This document shows positions 1 to 8,526 of a DNA stretch of 64,000 bases, one piece after another. Each line of letters opens with the position of its first letter. The stretch's first letter is position 1. The stretch covers positions 1,344,001 through 1,408,000 of the forward strand of contig CAWIAD010000002.1 in the NCBI GenBank assembly GCA_963833985.1. Reading direction: 5' to 3'. The notes under the pieces were generated by a model. That model did not search any database. It was not told where the DNA came from and saw nothing but the letters and a program-made list of their open reading frames with translations. The DNA comes from an uncultured Planctomycetaceae bacterium (GTDB lineage Bacteria; Planctomycetota; Planctomycetia; Isosphaerales; Isosphaeraceae). The translations under genes were made by a program, and so were the position numbers.

Positions 1-441
1 CCTTCGGGACCAGGTCTCCTTCGGGACCAGGTCATGAACTCGGGCGATCAACACGTCCTCGTAATGAGAGCGGTTGAAGATGGCCACTTCACCACGGGCA
101 GGCGCGGCACGATGGATCCGCCAGAGGAAATCGTGCCCAAGCTCGAGCGCGCTCGGTTGCTTGAACGACACGACTTTGCAGCCTTGTGGGTTCATCGCAC
201 CCAGGATGTGACCGATCGTGCCATCCTTACCCCCTGCGTCGAGCGCTTGGAGACAGATCAGGAGTGATCGCCGTCCATTGGCATAAAGCAACTCTTGCAG
301 TTCTCTCAGCCTTTGCAAGTCGTGCTCAATCTCCTTGGCGGCCTCCTTGTGGTCCTCGTGATGGTTCTTCAACTTCGGGTCGATATCCTTCAGGCTGACC
401 GTGGTGCGGGGCGGCACTCGGAAGCGTTCCACATAGCTCAC
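1..441 (-). CDS. ppk2: Polyphosphate kinase 2 family protein (N-terminal part; runs off the window start)
   Basis: Manual minus-strand translation from a GTG at 441 (AGGAG RBS upstream) gives VSYVERFRV...LLICLQALDAGGKDGTIGHILGAMNPQG...FKQPSALELGHDFLWRIH...GEVAIFNRSHYEDVLIARVH, which carries the PPK2 motifs. It is absent from the ORF track because no stop codon lies in the window. Confidence 0.92.
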   Translation of the reverse strand, partial: MSYVERFRVPPRTTVSLKDIDPKLKNHHEDHKEAAKEIEHDLQRLRELQELLYANGRRSLLICLQALDAGGKDGTIGHILGAMNPQGCKVVSFKQPSALELGHDFLWRIHRAAPARGEVAIFNRSHYEDVLIARVHDLVPKETWSRR

Positions 442-533
442 TTCGCTCCTCCTGCCGGCGGTTGCCGAAGGATTTTTTGTCCAAGGTTCCGGACGTGGGT
501 CGTCCAGAACCTTCTGTCGCGCATCTGGTGGAG

Positions 534-1085
534 TTACACGCCCACGGTGGCCAGCCGATCCCCGTGGACCGTCGTTGCATCCGCCTCACTTTGATGCAGT
601 AGGTCCTTGGCATGCTCAACCTCTTCGGAGGTTCCGTGAGCAACGAGAAGGAGTTTGCCGTTCTTCACCTCAGTTTCGTATTGCAGGACGCTGTTCTTCG
701 GAATGCCGATGCTGACCAGTGCGGCGCCCAAGGCGCTGAGTCCACCCATGACCGCGGCGCTCTCGAGCGCTCCGACGATCCAGACCACCAGCGGTCCCGC
801 AACGAGCACCGTCCCGATGCCAGGCAACCAGAAGAACGCGGAGCCGAACAGTAATCCCCAGAAACCGCCCCAGAAGGCCCCCAGCTTTCCCCAGTACTTC
901 ATGCGGTCGCCGGTGTTGTAATAGCCGACGACGTTCTCCTCTGTGTGGTAATCCTTGCCGATGATCGACAGCTTCTTCATGTCGAAGCCACTCTTGTGAA
1001 GTTCGCGGATCGCGTCTTCGGCGCGCTCATGAGATTCGAAGATTGCGACAACGGAGTTTTTGTCTGACATCATCTGGTTCCTCAT
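534..1085 (-). CDS. General stress protein 17M/YflT-like (DUF1269-type) membrane protein with glycine zipper
   Basis: 183-aa ORF with an N-terminal VVAIFESHERAEDAIRELHKSGFDMKKLSIIG motif, Gly-rich TM segments and a C-terminal YETEVKNGKLLLVAHG. Confidence 0.75.
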   Translation of the reverse strand: MRNQMMSDKNSVVAIFESHERAEDAIRELHKSGFDMKKLSIIGKDYHTEENVVGYYNTGDRMKYWGKLGAFWGGFWGLLFGSAFFWLPGIGTVLVAGPLVVWIVGALESAAVMGGLSALGAALVSIGIPKNSVLQYETEVKNGKLLLVAHGTSEEVEHAKDLLHQSEADATTVHGDRLATVGV

Positions 1086-1211
1086 TGGTGAGTACTGGTG
1101 GAACTGGCAAAAGCTGACGTGCGAAAAGGTGAACTGCGCGTCACGGCTGTATTACGCTAATGCGTCGGATTGGTCGTGAAGTTCTTGCGGCCTAGAGACC
1201 GGAGCGCGAGC

Positions 1212-1319
1212 AAAAAAGAAGCCGGCGTGGTCAAGAACCCTGAGGTCCCAGGCCACGCCGGCTTACTCTTCGACGGACCGCCCGGAATACCCGGGCTGCC
1301 CTTCGTTTAGTCATCCGAC
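1212..1319 (-). promoter_or_regulatory. Putative transcription attenuator / riboswitch-like leader, copy A
   Basis: GTCGGATGACTAAACGAAGGGCAGCCCGG-loop-CCGGGCGGTCCGTCGAAGAGTAAGCCGGCG is followed by a 12-bp terminator stem and CTTTTTT. It lies upstream of 534..1085 and is homologous to 2076..2183. Confidence 0.75.
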
Positions 1320-1383
1320 TACTTCAGATCGTTTCCCAGAGCCGACGAGATAGTTCCACGTCGAGTCTCAAAGAACACTCGTC

Positions 1384-1413
1384 ATGGTATGCGCGGCGAC
1401 AAGGGAAAAGCAA
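1384..1413 (-). promoter_or_regulatory. Candidate sigma70 promoter for attenuator copy A
   Basis: Minus strand reads TTGCTT-N18-TACCAT, about 65 nt upstream of the motif. Confidence 0.4.
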
Positions 1414-1484
1414 ATGAATTCGTGCTAAGGTCGGAATTCTTCATACCAGATCAATCTGAGAAGGGTGACAGCGGTTCAGACGTT

Positions 1485-1919
1485 CTACTTCCTCTTCGCC
1501 TCGCGGACCTGTGGCGTTTCGGCCAGTGTGAAGCGCACGCGCTCCTCGCCGGTGAGCGTGCTGATATCGTGGTGCATGCTCACAACCTTGATGCCGGTGA
1601 CTTCTTCGACCAGGGCTTCCATGAGAGGTCGCGCAGTTTCGAGAAGATGTGTACGTACTTGTTTGAGCAGATCTCTCCCCTTTTCGGCCGGCAGCGACTT
1701 GACCAGGTGCTGTTCCGCTGCGGTCAAGACGCCTTGGAGGCGGACGATGAGCAAGTCGCCGATCAAGTGAGTGCGGATATCCTTGGGCCCCCGGCCCATG
1801 TTTTCCTGCTCAAAACGACCCATCCCTGCACAAATGGTGGCTTCGATTTCCCCTTGTGTTCTCAAGACCGTTCCATCAACCGTCCGATAGCTGAGGACTC
1901 GGGTTCTCGCAGAGAGCAT
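1485..1919 (-). CDS. DUF2294 / MpsC-family protein
   Basis: TQGEIEATIC...FEQENMGRGPKDIRTHLIGDLLIVRLQGVLTAAEQHL...GRDLLKQVRTHLLE...VTGIKVVSMHHDISTLTGEERVRFTL matches the DUF2294 pattern. Confidence 0.85.
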   Translation of the reverse strand: MLSARTRVLSYRTVDGTVLRTQGEIEATICAGMGRFEQENMGRGPKDIRTHLIGDLLIVRLQGVLTAAEQHLVKSLPAEKGRDLLKQVRTHLLETARPLMEALVEEVTGIKVVSMHHDISTLTGEERVRFTLAETPQVREAKRK

Positions 1920-2075
1920 CCCAGCCCGAATCGTCCAGGCGCCGGCTAACCGGCAAGTATTATTTGTAAAGAAGACAATATCCTTGCAATGGGCGCGAAG
2001 GATGAGATAATAATGGAATCTTGGGAAGCTTGTCCAAGCATGTGGGCAAATCCCGTGACAATCTGAGTTGGGATC

Positions 2076-2183
2076 GTCGGATAACTACATAAAGGGCAAC
2101 TCGCCTTTGCGGGGGGCTCGTTAGCGAGTAAGCCGGCGCGGCGGATACCTTGGGGTAGTCCGCCGCGCCGGCTTCTTTTATTT
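2076..2183 (+). promoter_or_regulatory. Putative transcription attenuator / riboswitch-like leader, copy B
   Basis: GTCGGATAACTACATAAAGGGCAACTCGC-loop-GCGGGGGGCTCGTTAGCGAGTAAGCCGGCG is followed by a 16-bp terminator stem and CTTTTATTT. It is divergent from the DUF2294 gene. Confidence 0.75.
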
Positions 2184-2252
2184 GCTGGGTGCCGTGCACA
2201 TGGGCCAGGGTTGAATTCGCTGTCCAGAACCCTAGCGCTCACGGAGAAACAG

Positions 2253-2360
2253 ATGAAATCAGTCTCGATCAAGTCGTCTGTCCCCTCAGAAAACGAGCAG
2301 GTACTGGAATCCGCGCGTGGACTGCATGTGCAGATCCATGTCTCTGGTCAGAATGGTTCT
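2253..2360 (+). pseudogene. 5' stub of the gene downstream of attenuator B, cut by an IS630 end
   Basis: GGAG RBS and ATG at 2253 (MKSVSIKSSVPSENEQVLESARGLHVQIHVSGQNGS), running into the IS630 terminus at about 2359. Confidence 0.4.
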
Positions 2361-2599
2361 AAGCGGCTCGCCGCGGTTTCTTTTCACTTTTTGATTTGAG
2401 ACCGCGCCCGTACCCCTGGAAGCCTGTGTCAACTGCCGCGCGGAGGTGTGCGTGAGCAGGCTAAGCGACGCGAAATCAGCGATTCCTGAGCAACATCGCT
2501 GAGGGTACCAACAAAATTCCCCTCGAAGAGCCTGGTCACTTGATCAAGCTTCCCGAGGGGTGTACTCCGTGGTTTACCACAACAGCGGAGTACTCGACC

Positions 2600-3184
2600 A
2601 TGTATCATGATTTACCCCGGACCGCCAGGCTCTGGTCGTTTCTTTGGGCTGTCGACCAGCATCTCGCAGAGGAAACCCGCAAGCAAGCATGTTCATGTGG
2701 CGGCCGCCTGCACGCCGCCAACTATCTCCGCAAGCCACGCGGCACTGCCGTCCAGCTACCCGAGCAAGAATGCCTCAGACTGAGCTTCTGCTGCGATCGC
2801 GAGGGCTGCAGGAAGAGAGTCACACCGCCGTCGGTGCGCTTCCTGGGCCGCAAGGTCTACCTGGGCGCGATCGTGATCCTCATCAGCGCCATGCGGCAGG
2901 GACCCTCGCCACGCCGCGTCCGCGAGCTTTCCACACGCTTCGGCGCCGACCGCCGGACCATCGCCCGCTGGCAGGTCTTCTGGCGCGAACGCTTTCCTCA
3001 GACACCATTCTGGAAGGTTGCAGGCGCCCGGTTGGTGCCGGTCCTGGAGATCCTCTCCCTTCCCTACTCACTTGTCGACGCCTTCCTCTCCCGCCATCGC
3101 ATCTGCAAAGGGTGGACGCTCCTGCTGCGGTTTCTCGCACCGATCACGATCCCCGGCGGCCTGCGAATCGAGGTCTCGCGATGA
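2600..3184 (+). CDS. Transposon ORF1: Cys/His zinc-ribbon plus HTH-like protein (DUF6431-like position)
   Basis: ATG at 2600 after GGAG; motifs CSCGGRLH...FCCDREGC and FGADRRTIARWQVFW. It is the first gene of the element. Confidence 0.7.
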   Translation: MYHDLPRTARLWSFLWAVDQHLAEETRKQACSCGGRLHAANYLRKPRGTAVQLPEQECLRLSFCCDREGCRKRVTPPSVRFLGRKVYLGAIVILISAMRQGPSPRRVRELSTRFGADRRTIARWQVFWRERFPQTPFWKVAGARLVPVLEILSLPYSLVDAFLSRHRICKGWTLLLRFLAPITIPGGLRIEVSR

Positions 3185-3280
3185 TCGCTTTCCACCCGCA
3201 GAAGATGCTCGTCGCCGATTTTGATCCGCCGATTTATAGAGGTTGTCACGGTCCCTTCACCCGACTTGTGAGGAGATGTG

Positions 3281-4754
3281 ATGACTCAAAGACACCCCTG
3301 TTCAACCGCTGCCTTGTGGGCACGGTTTCGGTTCTCCGTGGTGGGCTCGCTCCTGAGCTCTCCCCCTGCGCGGATCGCTTCAGACAGCGATCTGCTCCCT
3401 TGCCGAAAAGACCTGGTCGCATCCTGTGACGGGGCGCGATGTCCGCGTCGCGGCCGCCACCATCGCGCGCTGGTACTACACGGCGCTCCACCAGCCTGAC
3501 GACCCGGTCGCCGCCTTGCGTCGTGCCGTGCGGAAAGACTGCGGAAAGATCTCGCTGGCGGCGACCCTCGCCGAGCGACTCCATCTCCAGTATCGCGATC
3601 ACACGGACTGGAGCTATCAACTGCACTACGACAACCTCGCCGCGCTCTTGAAGGCCGATCCCTCACTGGGGCGGCTCCCCTCCTATTCCACGATCAAGCG
3701 TTTCATGCAGGCTCACGGCCTGGTGCGCAGACCGAGGCTCCGGCCCGGCGGACGCCCTGGCGAAGTCCGCGCCCAAGAGAGGCGTCAGACACGGGAAATC
3801 CGCAGCTACGAAGCCACCCATGTCGGAGCGCTCTGGCATCTCGATTTCCACCACGGATCGCTCAAGGTGCTCACTCCCGGCGGCCAGTGGCTGCGGCCAA
3901 TCGCGCTGGGCATCCTCGATGACCACTCACGACTGTGCTGCCACGTTCAGTGGTATCTCTCGGAGACCGCCGAGGACCTGGTGCACGGACTCTCCCAGGC
4001 GATCCAGAAACGGGGCCTGCCGCGCGCGCTGTTGACCGATAACGGCTCCGCGATGGTGGCCGAGGAAGTCACCGAAGGGCTCTTGCGTCTGGGCATCGTC
4101 GCAGAGCGAACGCTCCCTTATAGCCCGTATCAAAACGGCAAGCAGGAGGCGTTCTGGGGCACGCTCAAGGGGCGGCTCATGAAGATGCTCGATGGTGTCA
4201 GGGAATTGACCCTGGAATTGCTCAATGAGGCAACCCAGGCCTGGATGGAAATTGAGTACAACCGCGCCGTGCACCGCGAGACCGGCAGCTCGCCGGTCGA
4301 CCGCTTCGCCAAGGCCCCCGATGTGCTTCGCTCGAGCCCTTCGAGTGTAGCGCTGCGTGCGGCATTCCGCCTGGAGACCAAGAGGAGCCAGCGTCAAAGC
4401 GACGGCACCATCTCACTGGAGGGGAGGCGCTTCGAGATTCCGGCAAGGTACCGTCACTTCCGCGCAGTGACCGTCCGTTACGCCCGCTGGGACCTCGGCC
4501 GGATCGATCTGGTCGACGAGCAAAGTGGAACCGTCCTGGCTCCCATTTATCCCCTCGACAAAGCCGCCAACGCCGACGGCCGCCGGGCCGTAACCGGGTC
4601 CGGTGGCACCGAGGTGCCGTCCCCAGAGCAGCGGCGCGACGCCGGCGAACTGCCACCCCTCCTGAAAAGGATCCTCCAGGAGTACTCGGCCACGGGCATG
4701 CCGCCGGCCTATTTGCCCAGGACATCCCCGAAAGACAACGGAGAACCCTCATGA
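3281..4754 (+). CDS. DDE transposase (rve core, Mu-transposase-like C-terminus); apparent frameshift at about 3370
   Basis: LWHLDFHH, ILDDHSR, LTDNGSAM, PYSPYQNGKQE, EYNRAVH and DGTISLEGRRFEIP motifs. The N-terminus MTQRHPC...(RBS AGGAG) is in another frame. Confidence 0.9.
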
Positions 4755-5595
4755 ATAGCAAGAAACTGCTGGCACTCTATGGGCTGAAATGGAACCCGTT
4801 TTCACCCGAGCTTCCTCCCGAAGCACTGCTGGCGCCCCCCAGGATCGAGCAATTTGCCTGGCGCGTGGAACAGCTGGTCCAGGAAGGAGGCTTCGCGCTG
4901 ATCACGGGTGAGTCGGGCACCGGCAAATCGGTGGCGCTGCGGATTGTGGCCGGGCGGCTGGCGGCGCTGCGGGATGTCACCGTCGGTGTGATCGAGCGAC
5001 CCCAGTCGAAGAGCCCCGACTTCTATCGGGAGCTGGGGGACATCTTCGCGGTGAAGCTGGCACCGCACAATCGCTGGTGCGGGTTCAAGGCGCTCCGCGA
5101 GCGGTGGAAAGCCCACGTGGCCTCCTCGCGGATCCGCCCGGTGCTGCTGATCGACGAAGCCCAGGAGATGAGCCCTGAGGTCCTCTGCGAGCTGCGTATT
5201 CTCTCCAGCGCCGACTTCGATGCCACGTCGCTTTTGACCGTGATCCTCTCGGGAGATGAACGACTGCTGGAACTGTTGCGGCACGAAGATCTGGTGCCCC
5301 TGGGCACCCGGATTCGCACGCGACTGGTCACCGAGCCCGCCACCCGCGAAGAGCTCCTGGAGTTGCTTCAGCACGCGCTGGCCAAGGCCGGCAATGCCGC
5401 GCTCATGACGCCCCAGCTCGCAGAGACACTGGTCGACCACAGCGCGGGGAACTACCGTTTGCTCATGATTATGGGAGGTGAGCTCTTGGCCCATGGCATG
5501 GCGCACGAAATCGGGCAGCTTGACGAGAAGTGCTACCTCGAGGTCTATCAGCCGCGAGGCCCGCGCCCGCGCTGAAGAAGAAAGCGAAGGTGTGA
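4751..5595 (+). CDS. ExeA/AAA_22-type transposition ATPase (TnsC/MuB/IstB analogue); terminal frameshift at about 5570
   Basis: YGLKWNPF N-terminus, Walker A GESGTGKS and Walker B LLIDEAQ; ATGA overlap with the transposase. Confidence 0.88.
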
Positions 5596-5597
5596 CG

Positions 5598-6551
5598 ATG
5601 GCGACCAGTGGCGAGCAAGTGCTTCCGGTGGTGCGTGTGGCCGAGCTTCCCAGCGATGAGCTCGCGGAGCGATGGCTGGTGGAGCAGCTCTGGTGTGCCC
5701 ACGCGGTGGGCGTCATCGGCGGCGCTCCGAAGTGCGCCAAGACGTGGCTGGGGCTGGACATGGCCCTCTCCGTAGCCACGGGCACACCATGCCTGGGCAA
5801 GTATGCCGTACCGGAGCCGGGACCGGTTCTGGTTTACCTGGCTGAGGATGCGCTGCGGGCTGTGCGCGAACGTATCGAGGGAATGGCCCGGCATCGCGGT
5901 CTGGATCTCGACGAGGTGTCGATCCACGTGATCACGGTCCCGGTGCTCCGGCTCGATCACGATCGAGACCGCACGCGGCTGTGGGAGACAGTGCGGGGGC
6001 TTCGGCCTCGGCTGCTGGTGCTGGATCCCCTGGTGCGACTTCACGGCATCGACGAGAATCATGCTGGCGACGTCGCCGAATTACTCGGGTATCTGCGGTC
6101 GTTGCAGCGTCAGCTTGGCCTGGCGGTTCTGCTGGTGCATCACACGCGGAAGAACGCCGCGGACGGTGTTGCCGCCGGTCAGGGCCTGCGTGGGTCGGGT
6201 GACATACATGCCTTCGGCGACTCGAACCTGTATCTCCAGCGCACGAAGGAGCACCTGATCCTCTCCAGCGAGCACCGGTCGGCGCCGGCAGTCAGCGCCT
6301 GTTTATCTGGAGCTGGTCGCCACCGACGCGGGGACAGCTCACCTGGAGGTCATCGCAGCGCCTGATGATCGGAACGGGCGCGACCTCGAAGGGCAAGTGC
6401 TGAATCTTCTGGCTCAAGGCCGAGTGCTTACGCGAGCGAGCCTGCGTGATTCGCTGGCGGTGAAGAACGAGCGTTTAGGGACGGTACTGGAGTCACTGGA
6501 GCGCACGGCAAGATCGGCCGCACAACTGGAGGCTGGCGACGTCTCCGCTGA
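5598..6551 (+). CDS. AAA_25 / RepA-like SF4 helicase with C-terminal wHTH; apparent frameshifts at about 6290 and 6505
   Basis: WLVEQLW, GVIGGAPKCAKTW, VLVYLAED, LLVLDPLVRLHGIDEN, LVHHTRK and LRGSG are RecA-fold RepA/DnaB-type motifs. Confidence 0.8.
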
Positions 6552-6566
6552 TCATCCGGAGCGGAC

Positions 6567-6601
6567 CGTTCCGTTCCCCTTCCGGAGAGGGGAACGGAAC
6601 G
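6567..6601. repeat. Perfect 14-bp inverted repeat inside the transposon right end
   Basis: CGTTCCGTTCCCCT-tccggag-AGGGGAACGGAACG, with no U-tract. Confidence 0.85.
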
Positions 6602-7155
6602 ATCCTCCTGCAGTGAAATACACCATCGATCATCTTGCCCAGATGGCCATCGATTATCGCGGCCACTCTCAGGAGGCTGGCCCGTGTGGTGTGACTTCGC
6701 TGCGGCATCTCCTGGTACTCCACCTGCCGGAACACAGACTCGATCTCATTAAGGTCCGGCGCATACGGCGGAAGGAAATACAGGTAAACCCCTCTTGCAG
6801 CCAGCCCTCGTCGAGCTCGCCGGACGACGTGGCTGGTGTGCAGACCCGCATTATCAAGCACCACGACACGAGGGACGCTGGCTCGGGGTAATGCCCCGAG
6901 GAACTTCAAGAAATCATAGGAGTCCCAGGTGCGATCCGCGGTGAAGACTTCGAGCCGCGGTGAGTGCCCGTAAGGCCGATATGCCGCCATGGCGTTGCCC
7001 CGGCGGCGCTGCGGACTCTCGTAGCCGATCCGCTTACATTGTCCCCGCAGGGACCAGCTATAGGCCGTCAGCAAGGTGGGTGCAAAGCCGCATTCGTCAA
7101 GGTAGTAGAGCTTCAGGCAGCCAGCTGATGCTTTTTTTTCAAGTTGTCCAGCACC

Positions 7156-8415
7156 CAGGGCGATTGCGCCATAATGGGTAATTTGGCATGATTGGGCGGA
7201 CGCGATTTCGCCGCTTGTTGCGAATCAGCAAGGGTCGAGGAGATCGCGCGAGCCCGGAATTCATGACATGTCGAAATCCAAGTCTGTTCGGATCGCGGAC
7301 CATTTCGCGGAACTGACCGATCCGCGGCGTCGTGCGGTGACCTACCCGTTGATCAATGTGGTAGTCATTGCCGTGTGTGCTGTGATCTGTGGCGCGGATG
7401 ATTTCGTCGCCATCGCCAAGTTCGGCAAGACGAAGCATGAGTGGCTGGCGCGGTTTCTCGATCTGAAGACCGGCATACCGTCGCACGATCGTTTCAATGC
7501 GATCTTCGCCGCCCTCAAACCGGCGGAGTTCGAGAAGTGTTTGCTGAGCTGGATCACGGCTCTGCATGAAGTCACCGGCGGGCAGGTGATCGCCATCGAC
7601 GGCAAGACGCTTCGCCGCAGCTTCGATACGGCCAGCAGCAAGACGGCCATTCACATGGTGAGTGCCTGGGCGACCGCCAATCATATTAGCTTGGGGCAGG
7701 TCGTCGTCGACGCCAAGAGCAACGAGATCACGGCCATCCCGAAACTGCTGGAAATGCTCGAATTGGCCGGCGCGATGGTCACCATCGACGCGATGGGTTG
7801 TCAAACCGAGATCGCGCGGCGAATCGTCGACGCAGGCGCGGATTACTGCCTGGCCGTGAAGGATAACCAACCCACTTTGCATCAGGGGATCATCGACTAC
7901 TTCGCGAGGCACGTGGAGGACGACTTCGCGGGCGTCCGGATGCGTCACCATACGACTGATGAAAAAGGGCACGGGCGAGTGGAGACTCGTCACTACATGA
8001 TCTGCCCTGTTCCCGACGATTTGCCAGACCGTTTGCGTTGGCCCGGCCTGAAGGCGATTGGAGTTGCCATCAACATAACACAGCGCGACGGCGAGACGGT
8101 CGGCGAAAACCGCTATTACATCCTGAGCAAATTCGTCGCGGCCAGCCGTTTCGCCGATGCCGTACGGTCGCACTGGGGTATCGAAAACCAACTGCACTGG
8201 CAACTCGATGTCACCTTTCAGGAAGACCAATGCCGCATCCGCCAAGGTCACGCGGATGCGAACTTCAGCATCCTCCGCAGGGCCGCACTGAGCCTGTTGA
8301 AGAACGAGACCACACTGAAAGTCGGCATCAAGAACAAACGCCTCACCGCCGGCTGGGACGAAGCCTATCTCGAAAAAGTGCTGATCGGCTCATGACTTAA
8401 GGTGCAATCGCCCTG
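7156..8415 (+). mobile_element. ISAs1-family insertion sequence
   Basis: Terminal IRs CAGGGCGATTGCGCC / GGTGCAATCGCCCTG; no flanking target duplication. Confidence 0.93.
7268..8395 (+). CDS. ISAs1-family (H-repeat) transposase
   Basis: GIPSHDRF, IAIDGKTLR, KSNEITAIP, TIDAMGCQ, KGHGRVETR and RSHWGIENQLHWQLDV motifs. Confidence 0.95.
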   Translation: MSKSKSVRIADHFAELTDPRRRAVTYPLINVVVIAVCAVICGADDFVAIAKFGKTKHEWLARFLDLKTGIPSHDRFNAIFAALKPAEFEKCLLSWITALHEVTGGQVIAIDGKTLRRSFDTASSKTAIHMVSAWATANHISLGQVVVDAKSNEITAIPKLLEMLELAGAMVTIDAMGCQTEIARRIVDAGADYCLAVKDNQPTLHQGIIDYFARHVEDDFAGVRMRHHTTDEKGHGRVETRHYMICPVPDDLPDRLRWPGLKAIGVAINITQRDGETVGENRYYILSKFVAASRFADAVRSHWGIENQLHWQLDVTFQEDQCRIRQGHADANFSILRRAALSLLKNETTLKVGIKNKRLTAGWDEAYLEKVLIGS

Positions 8416-8526
8416 ATCCGCGGGGTCACCAAGCGGAACCCTCGCGCGGTCGTCGATCGCCTGCTCTCCCTGACGGGATGACAACGAGGCCAACTACGGC
8501 AAGCACAGACCAGAGTCTCTGGGAGT

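Larger units (their letters stand above)
2447..6671 (+). mobile_element. Complete Mu/Tn7/IS21-like four-gene transposon (Zn/HTH protein, DDE transposase, ExeA-type ATPase, RepA-like helicase), copy 1
   Basis: TG...CA ends, imperfect terminal IR (TGTGCGTGAGCAGGCTAAGCGACG vs TGAGAGTGGCCGCGATAATCGATG), 5-bp target duplication GGAGG (2442-2446 and 6672-6676), repeated 19-bp sites at 6623-6641 and 6647-6665, and an identical left end at 63341. Confidence 0.92.
2359..7155 (-). mobile_element. IS630-family remnant, split by the Mu-like transposon and 5'-truncated by ISAs1
   Basis: 6672..7155 encodes VVVLDNAGLH...FLPPYAPDLNEIESVF (IS630 DDE) and has an A8G slippery site at about 7131-7139. Removing 2447..6671 plus one GGAGG rejoins ...HTTRASL|RAAVDTGFQGYGRG...RRAA* with the stop at 2359-2361. 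Confidence 0.85.

Noticed and set aside
1..33. 16-bp direct repeat CCTTCGGGACCAGGTC as a duplication or frameshift in ppk2
   Set aside because: The reading frame passes through it as VHDLVPKETWSRR, which fits the normal PPK2 sequence, so it is coincidental.
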